64,000 nt of DNA from Amoebidium appalachense. Its lineage: Eukaryota; Protista; Ichthyosporea. Shown here one piece after another: positions 26,254 to 38,928 of this stretch. Location: positions 2,529,984 to 2,593,983 of the forward strand of contig CAVNZM010000016.1 in assembly GCA_963693365.1 (NCBI GenBank). Direction: 5' to 3'. Under the pieces are notes generated by a model, which was not told where the DNA came from, did not search any database, and saw only the letters and a list, made by a program, of their open reading frames with translations. The stretch's first letter is position 1. Each line of letters opens with the position of its first letter. A program made the position numbers and the translations under genes.

Positions 26254-26986
26254 TGTGTGTGTGCGCGCGCAAAGATGATGTCGTACATACCGGTGAAATC
26301 AGGAACAAACACACAAGAGTGAGCATCGAGATAATTATTTTTTGTTTATTTATTTCTTTGTGTGTGTATGGGGGGGGGGGGAGGGGGGGGGGTCTGTTTG
26401 CTCTCAGAGAGATGTGCTTTCAACCCTGGTGTGTCTGTGCTTCCATGATGCGGGGCGCATGAAGGGAAAGAAATGGAAAATGGAATAAGAAAGGAAGGAG
26501 AGAAGAGAAGGTTGAATGAAAGAGAGAGAGACAAGGGGGAAAGGATGGGGGTGGGGAAGGGGGGGGGGGAGTGTTTTTGTGTGTGCGGGGGGAGGGGGGG
26601 GGGGGGGAGGGGTTCAACCCCAAACACACTGGCTGCAACCTGTTTTTACCCCCCCCCCCCCCCCCCCCCCCCCCCCCATTCATCCTCCTGCCCTTTTCCA
26701 AGCCTCTCCCTGCTCATCCGCCGTCCCCGTGCTCATTCCCTCCTGTCCCCCTGTCCCCCCCCCCCCCCCCCCCCCCCGGCATGCACACACACAATTCTCT
26801 CTCTCCTCCCTCTCACTCCTCTCACTTCCATCTTCCCCTCTCGTTCTCCGATGCAGCCTTCCACACTTCCCCCTTTTGCTCTTGTGTTGATTGACGTTTT
26901 TCATTGCAGTGTCGTATGACAAGGTGCAATACGTGATTACGGTGGACGGAAGGACCCGCAACATATACGTGGTGAAGAAGCGGTAG
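21210..26986 (+). CDS. Putative spliced gene of unknown function. Exons: 21210-21278, 24677-24711, 24880-24959, 25428-25530, 26275-26292, 26910-26986; 5' exons unresolved (possible ATGs at 20447 or 20928)
   Basis: GT-AG, phase-consistent chain reads ...RICWFYQATTVKKEICLNLQECHASNFLACYVYEAASVDLSSVPGQVGTLVIGPDGNVYSATGELSDSQHTHTVQGLLHDTSKILKTDPFKRITYDVVHTVSYDKVQYVITVDGRTRNIYVVKKR*. Splice sites were chosen by eye and no homology was recognised. Confidence 0.5.
23101..23550 (+). mobile_element. Dispersed ~430-bp structured repeat, copy B (apparently full length)
   Basis: Near-identical to copies A and C; contains internal hairpins; ends in GCATTCAAA followed by poly-C. Confidence 0.85.
23551..24440 (+). 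repeat. Tandem array of diverged GATGGGCTC-containing units (~150-250 nt), each ending in poly-C
   Basis: Motif recurs at ~23597, 23742, 23993 and 24188; units end in TTCAA-C(n) or CATC-C(n). Confidence 0.75.
25789..26027. repeat. Long imperfect inverted repeat (foldback), ~110-bp arms and ~12-nt spacer
   Basis: 25789-25900 aligns to the reverse complement of 25913-26027 over its whole length with scattered substitutions. Confidence 0.9.
26030..26150 (+). mobile_element. Diverged hammerhead-motif repeat unit
   Basis: GGGCCCCCCTGAGGATGGGCTC...TGTGTACTTCGTACT...CTAA followed by poly-C. Confidence 0.7.
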
Positions 26987-29900
26987 ATCTGGGCCGTGCT
27001 GGTGGTGGTGGTGGTGGTGCTCTCTCTTGTATAATGTTTGTTGTTTGGTGATTTCGGTTTGTTATGGCGGTTGTTCACTATCGTTTTTATTAAGAGAAAA
27101 AAAAACATGTTTGTTGCACGTCTTAATAATTTAAGGGGAAGGAGGGGGGGGGGGGGGGGGGGGGGGGGCACTTTTGACCTGCTGCTCGTGTCGTATTTTT
27201 ATTGTTATTATTTTTATTCCCATATTTTCTCGTTGTTTCTGAGTCAGACCGGTGTCTTGTTTGGGACCCGAAAATAATTTTTGACGGACGTTGTGGGGGA
27301 GCGCCAATAATACTGTGTGTTAATATTAGCACCTTCCCAATGGCTTTTTCCGGCGTACGCATATATAAATGTTGTCGCGTTCCTGTGGTACAGTAGAACG
27401 GAATTTTTATAGAGTGGAAGGAACCTCTTTTTTTGCCTTCTTCTTTTCTTCTTTTTTTCTTTTTTTCCTTTTTTTACATGCCCCAGGAAATCACTATGTC
27501 GTTTTCTCTGTACTCTTACTGTGTATGAACGGGATATACCGCAACCATGATCACCATTGAATGGTTAGTTAGATGCCTGAATAATGGGGGTTTCTTTTGC
27601 TTTCGCAATTTTAGGCCGATTAATTGTCCCCATTCCGGCACATCCGGGTCAAGCCATTTGTTCAGCATATGAATCACGATATGAACTGCAATTTTCTTTC
27701 TAACGCTTTATTATTATTATTCCCTTCTATATTTCTTTTTTTCTCTTTTCTTTTTCTTTTTTGTTGTATTATGGCGCATCTGAACCTTGCTGCGGGCAAA
27801 ACGATGGTGCACAGTTGATGCGCAGCACGCCAATCATATAGCTAGAATTCCCTCTGGCCCGGCCCGGCCCGAAACCCTAAGAGAAACCCCCTTTAAAGGG
27901 CATTTAATACATAAATGGTCAAAAGGCGGCCGTGTTTTGAATGGTTTGGAAACCTTGGAGACGACGTTGGTTTGGAAACCATGAAGACGTAGTCTCCAAG
28001 GATATGTACCCACTGGCTTACGTACGAAAGGTAGCCCTACGTAAGTGGCCGGGCACTACTACGCCACGGGACGCCTGCGGCAACATACAAGGTATGTTAG
28101 AGAGCCTGCAGGGAGACAGCACTCCAAAGTGACGTTGTAATGAAGACGGGTCCCGGCAGGAAGTAGAGAATCAATCAATGCTACTGTTTTCTTTCCACTA
28201 ATATAGTACAGTACATCATATGTGTACATGTACATATGCACTTGTTTATGTGTGTGTACATGTATGTGTCTGTGTGCACGTGTGTGTGTGTGTGTGTACA
28301 CACGTGTAATACCGTCACGTGCACACTGGTATTTGATATTTGCAGTGCACTCAGATTACATGTCGTCAGACACTTTGTCCACAAAATCGCGACCGTCGCC
28401 CCTCAGCTACAAGCCAGCCAGCCCTGCATATTTAATAAGTAACTATTTTTGGTTTTTGCTTTAAATGGGCCTTGTTCCTACAGGTATCATATACGGCTGA
28501 TACGGTGTACGTTTCTTAGCTACACATACAGATAGTGATGTGTACCTGACTCGGGGGCTTCGCCGTATGATATAGAAAAAATACAAATTCTCCATGGCCA
28601 TCAAATCAAATAAAGCTTTGCTTGCCGCGTTTAGAGGTTTATTTGATGTACCAACCTATAATCACATGGTTACCTAGGTCAATTGCATGCCATGTCTTGG
28701 AAAAGGGCGTTCACTACAGTTACAGATGCGTGACAGTACAGTGTAGTTTTATTGTTTTATTGTCACAGTGACTCTTGGAGTGTGGGGGTTACACACCGTA
28801 ACACGCGTGTACACTTGTGCATATGATGCTCGGAATCCCGAATGCGCCCCTTGAAGTTTTTGAAGGGCTCACAGATATACTTCAAAAAAATATGAAAAAA
28901 ATAAAAAATAAAAAATGATATTTACTTTTAATGAAAGAAAAAAATTATTTACTTCCTTAAGGCAAGTTTAAGAAAATTTTGTAGGGCTGGTCGGTGCGCC
29001 TACCTATCTATGTAGGGGGCAATGCGCGGTAACAGCTAATTTCCTACCCTGGTTGGTTCAGCCAATCATGTCTTGACACCGGAGTTTTTTTTCCAAGGTT
29101 TAGATCTGGCCCGCACAAGCTCCGCTGACTATGCTTATGGCTTTTGGGCAAGGCCTCCTAAATAGCACACCTATTTAGGAGGCCTTGCGTTTGGGTGATA
29201 TAGTGCCAGGGATATATCAAGAAAGAAAAAACTTCCTTAGGCCTATATAGCAGGACGGAAGAATATGCATATGGCCAACAAGTCATATGAAGCCCCGCAG
29301 AACACAATTCTATCAAATTTGTTTTGATATATAGCAACCGTACGCGTGGCATCTGGCCCTCTGAGGCCTGTGCGCCGGATCATCACGGACTGGCAGCAAA
29401 TCCCACTGGGGTGCATGCACACGGCTTATAAAGAAATGGTTACCCCAGGACAGCCGACCGTGCTCCTTTTCATACATAAATTTTTTTTCGTGACCAACAA
29501 CATTTGAAATGCGCGTAATATAACCAACCCGTCCCACGCTCTCACTTGCAACTTACGAAGCTGAGCTCGAGTTTTCGGCTGAGACATTGTGGGGCCGAAA
29601 ATCTGAAGTTTCACACCCTGAGTGGCTCAAAATCTGATCACGTGTTCAGGTGGTTGGCTCAGCACAAGAGCCACTTCTAAGATCCGCAGCAGCGGACACC
29701 CAGGCTTTTTCTACGGCGTTTATATGATCAGACACAAAACTAAACTCGTGAAAGTATATCGATATATATACAATTTGGTTTTTTACTATACTAACTTGTT
29801 ACATATTGGCAATTTGATGTATTCGAATGCCAGAGTCTTTGTTTATTTACTCAATTACTATCCATCTGGTGACTGTGCACAGCTGCCTTTTTTGGTCACA

Positions 29901-30013
29901 CACTCGCATACTTGTTATCACGCCGAAGCGAAGCAAACATTGTGCAACCTGGTGGATTTAAATGCTTCGCACTCCAGAACTTTGGCATTGGTTAGCAAAA
30001 GATTTGATCAAAC

Positions 30014-30340
30014 ATGATTAAAAAGAAAGTAGAATATGAAGAAAAAAATACTTTTAGAGATTTTATGGGCTTAATTAATAATATAAGCTGCACCGTAACA
30101 ATATGTAATATTATCAACAACTCCTTTGCAGCGCCAGCAACCCCCGATTTTTGCAACGCTCGCAGGTCATGTGCGTTTTATCCGGTCACAGTGGGAATCC
30201 ATGCGTGTGATTGGTCTGAACCCCACGCATTGGGTCACAAAGTTCGCATGTTGGCTCAAAATCACGAGTACTCGAGCAGTGTTGTATGGACCAATCGCAT
30301 TAGCTTCCGATCTGCTGCTATCTGGTATTTACGATGAAAC
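30014..30340 (+). pseudogene. Possible degenerate hAT-type transposase fragment
   Basis: Frame-switching peptide ISCTVTICNII...ARRSCAF/IRSQWESMRVIGLNPTHWVTKF loosely follows the hAT C-x-A-H-x-L-N ... PTRWNS motif order; weak match. Confidence 0.25.
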
Positions 30341-31136
30341 TCAGGAGAACAGCCCATAAAACCGTATATTGATAGATGCCCAGTATCATGAATGAATCAT
30401 GTTGTGTGTTCACTGTCACATTCAGCGGCTGTATGTATATGGTAAAGCATGTCAAATCAGGCAACATTTCAGCCATAAATTTCCTTTATAGCCACCATAA
30501 AAATTTCCCCCTTTGGAATTGAGCACACTATACAATGAATTTTAGTGTCGGGGACACTGTACATGTATCGCAAGCCCCGGCCCGGTCGCAATTCGCAACG
30601 CTTTGTTCATTTAGTGTAAAATTCACCTTACTTACGTATATTTCCAATTTACACTATCAGTCGCACAAAAACCCCATTTTTGCTGCAAAATTGCGTGAAA
30701 CTTTTCAGCGTTCCAATTCCCGTCCCACGCACAAGTCTGGGACAGAGCGCAGGCCTGCATGTTTTTCGGCATGCAAACGGCTGCACTCAAACGAGAAATT
30801 CGTGTTTTGGTGTTAATCAACGTTCCTTACCCTGCTGATTTTTCCCTATTTTCTCCTGTTTTCTTCTCCTGAAGGTGTCAGTGCAGAGCTTTGTTAGTTA
30901 GTGAGTTGCAGAATAGTGTGTTTGTCCACGCGCCAAAGCGTGGGAGTGAGAGGGCGTTTACCGGCGTGTCACCGTGCGTTCGGAAGTGTCAAAACTTACT
31001 GCTGCTTAGATTTTTGGGGTCATTCAGAGGGAGTTTCCTTGCAAATGCAGTGTTCTTTGTTTCCACGATAACACCTGGCAGTTTTTTTTGGCTGGTCTTT
31101 CTTTTTTTTTCCTGTTTTCGCCTTAGATCTTTCGCG

Positions 31137-32064
31137 ATGGCTGTGCGATCCTTTCAAGAAATCCTGTCTGAGGGGTGTGCTTCTCCAGCAAGTGGTGTTG
31201 GGGAGGATGGGCGCCAGCGGAGCAACTTTTTAACGGTTCCAAAGAAGGGGATTCTCGTGGCACGGTGGGCTAACCCTCAACGCAATCAGGCTGAAAGGAG
31301 AAAGCGTGTCATATTTGCGGATGAATCCGAGCCAAGCAAGACCCCGCTTGATTCTGTCTGTCTTTTTGACAAGGACGACGATACCCTAGCGTGCAACCCA
31401 CGCTTTAACGGTCACCGTGTCATCTCACCCGATGGAAACACACCAGAAACGCCATGTTCGCCCCGGGAAGAGCAGATAGAGCGGTATAGTTTTGAGAATG
31501 GGAGCATTCCTGAACAAGGGGACCAAGTCGACACGGCGATGGTTTCCGAGCGGCAGAAGGAAAACCAGATCGTTTGGTCGTGGGCAGATGGGGCTGGTGG
31601 GGTGTATGCCCCTCACGGTGGAGACCACATACAAGCAAGCGATCCATCACGAAACCTATACCGCGCTGCCGAAGACCTGTGCCGCAAAATGCGAACTCAC
31701 TCCTCTCCATTCAGTCATCACCAGCAACACCAAATGGCACTGGTGAGCATTAAACACGACGTCGGAAAGCAGAACGGAACGGCCAACGAACAGGCGCTTA
31801 GGCGCTCACGCTTGAGGAAAGTTCGCACACTTTGGCTGACTTTCACTTTGCGAACAGAGTATGAAACCGAGGATTGGGGTGTTGTTGCGTTGGCGTCGGT
31901 GCAGTTTGTGGACAGAGCGTCGCAGCTACAAGGGAGGGTGCGGGTCAGAAATACGAGTTTCGAGAAGGCCGTGTTCATCAGGTAAGGACCGTTCCTTCAA
32001 GGGGAGGCTGGGTTTGGGGTTCTGTCGCTTTGCCTGCCAAGAAGGGGCCTCCCTCGTTTTTTTT

Positions 32065-32096
<32 letters not shown>

Positions 32097-32944
32097 GGGG
32101 TCATCACTTTTTCTTGTCAAGCATGGGTTTTGATATCCTGGGGAGTCTTAGCTCAAGTAACCGAGTCTGATTTTTTAGTGCTCTGTAAGTGTGCTTGCAG
32201 TTTCTTGGCGAAAACATTGTCTTCCAAGATGTACTGCACATTCCTTCACCAGAAGTGTGCGCACTCCTGGAAAGCAGTGTTTGCAAGGCCATCTATTTTT
32301 TTCTTCGTTCTCATGTGTTCGGCATAAACTTTGTTGTGCTGCAGGGCGCCGGCCCGTTTTGCCTGTCTTTTAGACCGCTCATGGGAAGGTAGGCTAATAA
32401 ACCCCCCCTTTCTATAGGTACACCGTGGACAACTGGAGAACACACCGAGACATATCCGCCCAGTACGAAAGCTCAGATTCCTCCCGGGAGTATGACGAGT
32501 TCCTTTTTGTAATCCCCGTTCCCATAAACATCACGCACGGCCGGAAAATCGCATTTGCAGTCTGTTACTGTGCGGATGGAAGGGAGTTCTGGGACAACAA
32601 CCACGGGGGCAAACTACGAGGGGCGGATTGTTTTTGGCGTTCCTTCGCCGACGGCAGACCAGCGTAGGCCAGAGTCGAAGCTTGTTCGGTCCCTGGAAGA
32701 AACGATGGATGAAGTTGCCAAGCAGAACGCGGCCATGGCTGATGGAAATGGATCAGTGAATGGCACGGGCATCGGCGTGAGTAGTGGGTCCCCGCGTATG
32801 AACGGCAGCGGCGGTGGTATGATGGGAAATGCGAATGGGAAGAAGGGAGTGGCCCCGTTGGCTTACGCCGGAGGGGATTGGGCTCAGGGACGAAATGGGT
32901 TTGTTCGCAGCCAGGCACAGCCTCAGGCTCTGCATATGCACTAG
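31137..32944 (+). CDS. Protein phosphatase 1 glycogen-targeting regulatory subunit (PPP1R3/Gac1-like, CBM21). Exons 31137-31981 and 32418-32944, with one extra G in GGGGG 32605-32609
   Basis: RVxF motif KRVIFAD; CBM21 motifs LQGRVRVRNTSFEKAVFIR|YTVDNWRT, DEFLF, FAVCY, FWDNNHG[A]NY (NY is restored only by removing one G). Confidence 0.88.
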
Positions 32945-34614
32945 GAGGTGACTCGGCAGAAGGGTGCAACGTACCGGTTCGTGATCTGTTTGTGCTTTAA
33001 AAGGGTGTGGGCTTCACGTTGTTTTTTTCTTGTTGTTTCCGTTGCGTTTTTTTTTTCTTTTGTGGTTGGTTGGATGTTGTTTTAGTTGTTTTTTTTTTGT
33101 TGTTGTTTTTTTTACCTTTTCTTCTTGAAGTGTGATTTTGTCTTTTTATGTGGTTGGCATGGTGGTGGATGTTTCACTTGCTTCTTTCTTCTTTTCCTAC
33201 GATTTCTATTTGTTATTGTTGTTTTTTGTTAGTTTGTTTGTTGTGGATTGTTGTGTGTTTTTGTTTTTTTGCTGTTCTGCAGTGGTCGGTTGCCTGTTTC
33301 TTTTCGTACCTTTTGCCCACTTATTTGGCTGTTGCTTCTTTTTTTGCTACACTGGGCAGCCCTATCTACTATGTGATATGCATGTCCCCGTGCATTTCAT
33401 CCGGCTGCTCTTTTCGGCAGACAAAAGCCTTGAAGATCGCAGTGATAATGTAGGTTTCGTTTTTTTCTGTCTCACCCGTTTACAAAGCACACATGATCTT
33501 GTTACCCACGAACCATACCTACTCTTCAGCCTAATTTAATCCCGCAGACTGAATTGGTATGTATTGTGTTAAACTTTCGGCTCTACTGATACATGTATTA
33601 ACGATGCCATACCCTTTTTCCTTTTAAAGGACTGAAATGAATCGATCTGAGACTTGCCCTGTTAGATTAGAGCACTCGTTTAGAAAGAGACAGACAAAGA
33701 AAGGCCTTCTTTTTTCAGGGGCCGTGGTTTATTGTTTTATTTCTTTTTATCCATTGGGTCAACCCTCGTTTTATATATGTATATCACTGTACATGTTATC
33801 ACCAACTCTGTGATGTAAATACTTTTATTTTTGAGTGAATATTGCAGCGAAGAATTTGGGGTGTGATGCTCTGGCAGCCTCCCCTCTTGAGATCGATCAC
33901 GTGTATATACTATTAATACAAGGCCCGTTTTATTCGATGCGGTGTAGGCCCAGCGTGAGAAGACCGCCTTCAGATATGTTTGTGTGTGTGTGTGTGTGTG
34001 TGTATGTGCACATGTACGGCGTGCGGCGTGTGTGTGTCATAACTCGTAATGTGTGGGTCTGCAGTTGTGTATGTGTACGCGCCCGTGCATCCGTGTGGGT
34101 GTGGGTGTGTGTGTGTGTGCACCGCGCGCACGCCTGTTTGTGTGTGGCACTCGAACTCAGTTTGTGTCTGTGTTGCTATTAGTGTGTAGCCGTTGTCATT
34201 AATGGCGCATTATCTCACATATGCCCATATTATATGGTACCCTTGACCCGTGTTTCTAGACATATTCCTACTTAGTTTTACTTAAAAAAAAATTAAAAAA
34301 AATTCAACGGTGGCGTTACTAATGGAGACCAGCATGGTAGGACCACGGCCGCTAAAACGGCCTGTCTGAACTGGTGTTGAACTTCGTCGTTTGCACATGT
34401 ATGACTCAGATATCGATGTTCATATCATGGGGTTGATAAAACGATAAAACTAGGCCTAGGTATGTCGCGATCGACGTCTCCGACTTTTTTGGTTTTTTTT
34501 CAACGGTAAGAGTTCAAGCACAAGGCCTAGGAGTACCACATCCGTGGCTACATAACAAGGTCACATCTAACATACGTTTACGGCACCGTATTAAATACTA
34601 ACTGACTTCTTCAG

Positions 34615-34730
34615 AATCTGCAACTGTTCGGCGAACCGTTGCCCGTCATGTGCAGTGCTTTGTAAAGGGCCTTGAATCACAAAAAGGGTGTGGGGGGAGG
34701 GAGGGAGGTGAGGCTGAGGGAGGAGGAGGA

Positions 34731-34780
<50 letters not shown>

Positions 34781-35133
34781 GGGGGGGGGAGGGAACCACC
34801 TGCTCCCGGCCGCGCGGTCATGGCCATGGGGGGGTTCCCCGCTCCCCCAGTTACAATTAAACCGTAAGAGTAATTGGTCCCCCCCCCCCCCCCCCCCCCA
34901 CACACACACACCCAAAAAAAAAAAAAAAAAAAAAAAAAACCATTGCCAAGAGAAAAAAAAAAAAGAAAACCGTGCAAAAAAGAAAAAAGAAAAGGAAGAA
35001 AACGAGAAAGAAAAAGGGCTTAGCAGCGCTCTATCGGTGTTCCGCACATCTCCCCCTGCGTAATCGGGCTGCAGCTGGGCCAACGTTCTCGATTGTATTA
35101 TATATCTAGCCTGCGTGTGTGTGCGTGTTGTAG

Positions 35134-35171
<38 letters not shown>

Positions 35172-35272
35172 ACGCGCGCGCGCCTGCATGGGTGCGTGTG
35201 TGTGTGCACTGTGTGCGTGTGTGTGTGTGTTTTGGTCCGTGTCTGTGTCTGCGTGTGTGCGTGTGTGTGTGT

Positions 35273-35303
<31 letters not shown>

Positions 35304-35907
35304 CTTTGGTCTGTCTGTGTGTGTGTGTGTGTGTGTGTGTGCATGGGTGTTTGTGTGTGTGCGCTTTGGTCTGTCTGTGTCTGTGTGGGTGTGTGTGTGT
35401 GTGTGTGCGTGCGCGTGTGCGCGCCTCGGTGCGTCACTGTGCTTCCTTATCTCCGTCACATGGTCACTATGCCGTGATATGGTGTGGTTATTGGGAATGC
35501 AAGACAAGTGTGTGTGATTACATTCATGTGATTGTATCCCATAGCAGTTACAGAGTGCCACGGAAAGGGGGCCCTATGTGCGTACGAGAAAACTCTGTCA
35601 AGGGGCATATAGGAGTAGTCCTGATCGAATTCGGTTCGATCCGATTATGATATAAGGGAATTCAAAAAACCGTTTTTGCGAAAGGGGGCGCCCTACGTAT
35701 GTGCCACGGTGTCCCGCGAGTGTGTGTGTGCATGTGTGTGTGCGTGTATTCATGTTCGTGTGTGCATTCCAGTTGTCCACGTTTTTTACCCCGAATATGA
35801 TCACTCTATATCCTTGCTTACTAAGGACTTGCCAGTGCACAAGCTGAGCCGGAGGGTAGGATGTTAGCCCCCCCCCCCCCCCCCCCCCCCCCCCCTTTCC
35901 CCCCCTC

Positions 35908-35963
<56 letters not shown>

Positions 35964-36490
35964 ACATCTCCACCCTCTCCCCCCCCCCACCCCCCTTCCC
36001 CTTCCCCTCCGGTTTTCTATATGGCAAGGCCACAACTCAATAATATTTACTTTACTTAGATCTTAAATGCAGTCGGTACACACCCATCGCTAAAGAGAGC
36101 GGTGGACGCTAATACACTCCTTCAAAAAAAATTGCCCCCCCCCCCCCCCCCCCTCCCCCCCCCCCCTCCCCCCTCCCCCCCCCTCCTCCTCTCTTTCTCT
36201 TCCCCCCCTCCCCCCCTTCCCCCCCTGCCTCTCCCCACCCTTACACCCTCCCCCCAGATCTGCAGCCCCCACCCACCCCCACCCCCGTCTTCTCCGGATC
36301 TCCCTCCCCCCTCTTCCCCTCTCTCCCCTCCACAGGCATACACGTGCACACACACATTAAAACGTTTTCCAAGAGAAAATTTTAAGTTCGTTAGAAGTAC
36401 AGTATATATCAGAGATTGGGGCAACGTTCAGTGAATTTCGAATTTGAAGTGGGGGGGGGGGGGGGGGGAGGGGGGGGGGGGGGGGGGAGG

Positions 36491-36540
<50 letters not shown>

Positions 36541-36760
36541 GTAGTAGATATCGACGTCTCAGGAGGTGGTATGTACCCTCCTGAAAGGGGGGGGGGGGGG
36601 GGGGGGGGGGGGGCACCTCCTCATGTGGGGTGGGTGGGTCGTCCAACCAACCCCCCCCCCCCCCCCCCCCCGGCCTGTGTGTATGATGGCCAATCATCTC
36701 TAAGACTTTAATTACCCACCAATCCGTTACGATCAACTATTACTATATTTTAAACTGTGA
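34615..36760 (+). CDS. Putative micro-exon-rich gene. Exons: 34615-34661, 34851-34863, 35024-35094, 35545-35577, 35657-35696, 35773-35855, 36060-36075, 36374-36430, 36548-36568, 36705-36760; both ends uncertain
   Basis: Ten GT-AG exons chain in phase to [144 protein letters not shown]. Sites were chosen by eye among alternatives. Confidence 0.5.
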
Positions 36761-37078
36761 CTCATTTCACGTACTCTACTTGCAGTGTTCGTGTGCGGTG
36801 TCTGTGTGGCGGGGAATCATCAGTACGTGCACGTTGAGTGTTAGCCTTTTGCAGCATCTGCATTTCCAAGTCGACGTCATTGTGCGCATCACTGGTTTGT
36901 GCACCTCGTGTGTTTGTGTGTGATACATTTGTGTGCAGACGGTCCGTGTACATCAAATACGTGTGAAAGTGTTTGAGCCTGTGCTGTGGGGGAACTGGAT
37001 CCGAAAAGGAGTCCCCGCCAGGCACGCAAAGGGAGGGAGGGTCCCGAGGGAGGAGGGGGTGGGGTTGGGTGGGTGCGT

Positions 37079-37111
<33 letters not shown>

Positions 37112-37572
37112 GGAAGGGGGACAGGGGGGAGGGGACATACGGCCGGAGCACGGTGTAGCCTGAGATTCAGATGATCAAGGAGTCCGTTTTTTCCATAAAA
37201 CAACAAAACTGAATTAGTAATATTAGTACTCTTTCATTGTTTACGTTTTAGGAACCTTATAATCAGGTCACACGGCATATTCAAACTGAAGTCATGGCAG
37301 CCCGTGGGGATGGGTGGGCCAGCCCACAAACTCAGGTGGGTGGTGGGTCCCTTACCGCCCTCCCCCTGCTAGCCGGACGGATGGGTGGGTTCCCCCTCCC
37401 CCTCCCCCCCCCCCCCCCCCAATCCCTCCCCCCCCCCCCAAACAAAAAAAAAACAAAAAAAAAAAAGTTACTGCTGCCCCCCTCTCCGTATCAAAATTAA
37501 TGATCTAGTAGCCCATGCTCTCGGCGTGTGTGGAACTGCAGGAATGGTGTGTGTTTGTGTGTGTGCGTGTGT

Positions 37573-37691
<119 letters not shown>

Positions 37692-37910
37692 GGGTGGGTG
37701 GGTGGGTGGGTGGGTGGGTGGGTGGGTTTGTGAGACGAGCGTATGTGTGTGACTGTGTGTCTGCGTGTGTGTGACTCACGGTGTGTGTGCATGTGTGTCC
37801 GTGTGTGTGTGTCTGTGTCTGGATGTGTGTGTGCATGACGGTGCGTGCGTGCGTGTGTGTGTGTGTGTGTGTGTGTGACTGTGTGTGTGTGAGTGAGTGA
37901 GTGAGTGTGT

Positions 37911-37945
<35 letters not shown>

Positions 37946-38224
37946 TGGGTGTGGGTGGGGTGTGTGTGTGTGTGTGTGTGTTGTGCAGTGTGTGTGTCCG
38001 TGTGGGTGCGCGCACGTGTTTGTATACGGTGTGTATAAGTATATAAGAGTGCGTGTGCTCGTGGGTGCGTATGTGTGCCTGAAGCGAGTGAACACAAAAG
38101 ACCTCACTGGTAGCTGGGTGAGAGACCCCAAGGACCTAGAGAGGGACAGAGGGGAGGGAGAGGGGGAGACAAGGGAGACAGGGAGGGGGAGGGGGGGCGG
38201 GGGGGGGGGGGGGGGGGGGGGGGG

Positions 38225-38536
<312 letters not shown>

Positions 38537-38686
38537 GGAGGGAGGGAGGGGGGGTTGGAGAGAGGGAGGGGGGGGAGAGAGAGGATTTCCAAGAGAGGGA
38601 GAGAGAGGAGCGAGAGAGAGAGGGAGAGAGAGAGAGAGTGTGTGTGTGTGTGTGTGTGTGCGTACAGAGAGAGAGCGACACACACA

Positions 38687-38751
<65 letters not shown>

Positions 38752-38897
38752 AGGGAGGGAGGGAGAGGGAGAGGGAGGGAGAGGGAGAGGGAGAGGGGAG
38801 GGGGGGGGAGAAAGAGAGAGAGAGAGTGTGTGTGTGTGCGCGCGTGTGTGCGCGCGTGCGTGTGTGTGTGTGTGTGTGTGTGCGTGTGTGTTCGCGC

Positions 38898-38928
<31 letters not shown>

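Noticed and set aside
31743-31859. In-frame intron within exon 1 of the CBM21 gene (GTGAGC...CTGAC...CAGAG)
   Set aside because: The frame is open without splicing, and the in-phase acceptor would be a rare GAG; undecidable without RNA data.
33132-33539. Hydrophobic 135-aa ORF downstream of the CBM21 gene
   Set aside because: It is the translation of a T/G-rich 3' UTR-like tract and has no ATG start in good context.
36695-36740. Minus-strand peptide [11 protein letters not shown] resembling TMEM129
   Set aside because: No other TMEM129-like exons were found, and it is antisense to an exon that fits the plus-strand chain.
36762-37151. Minus-strand 129-aa ORF as a terminal exon
   Set aside because: No convincing acceptor or upstream exons, and no recognisable motif.
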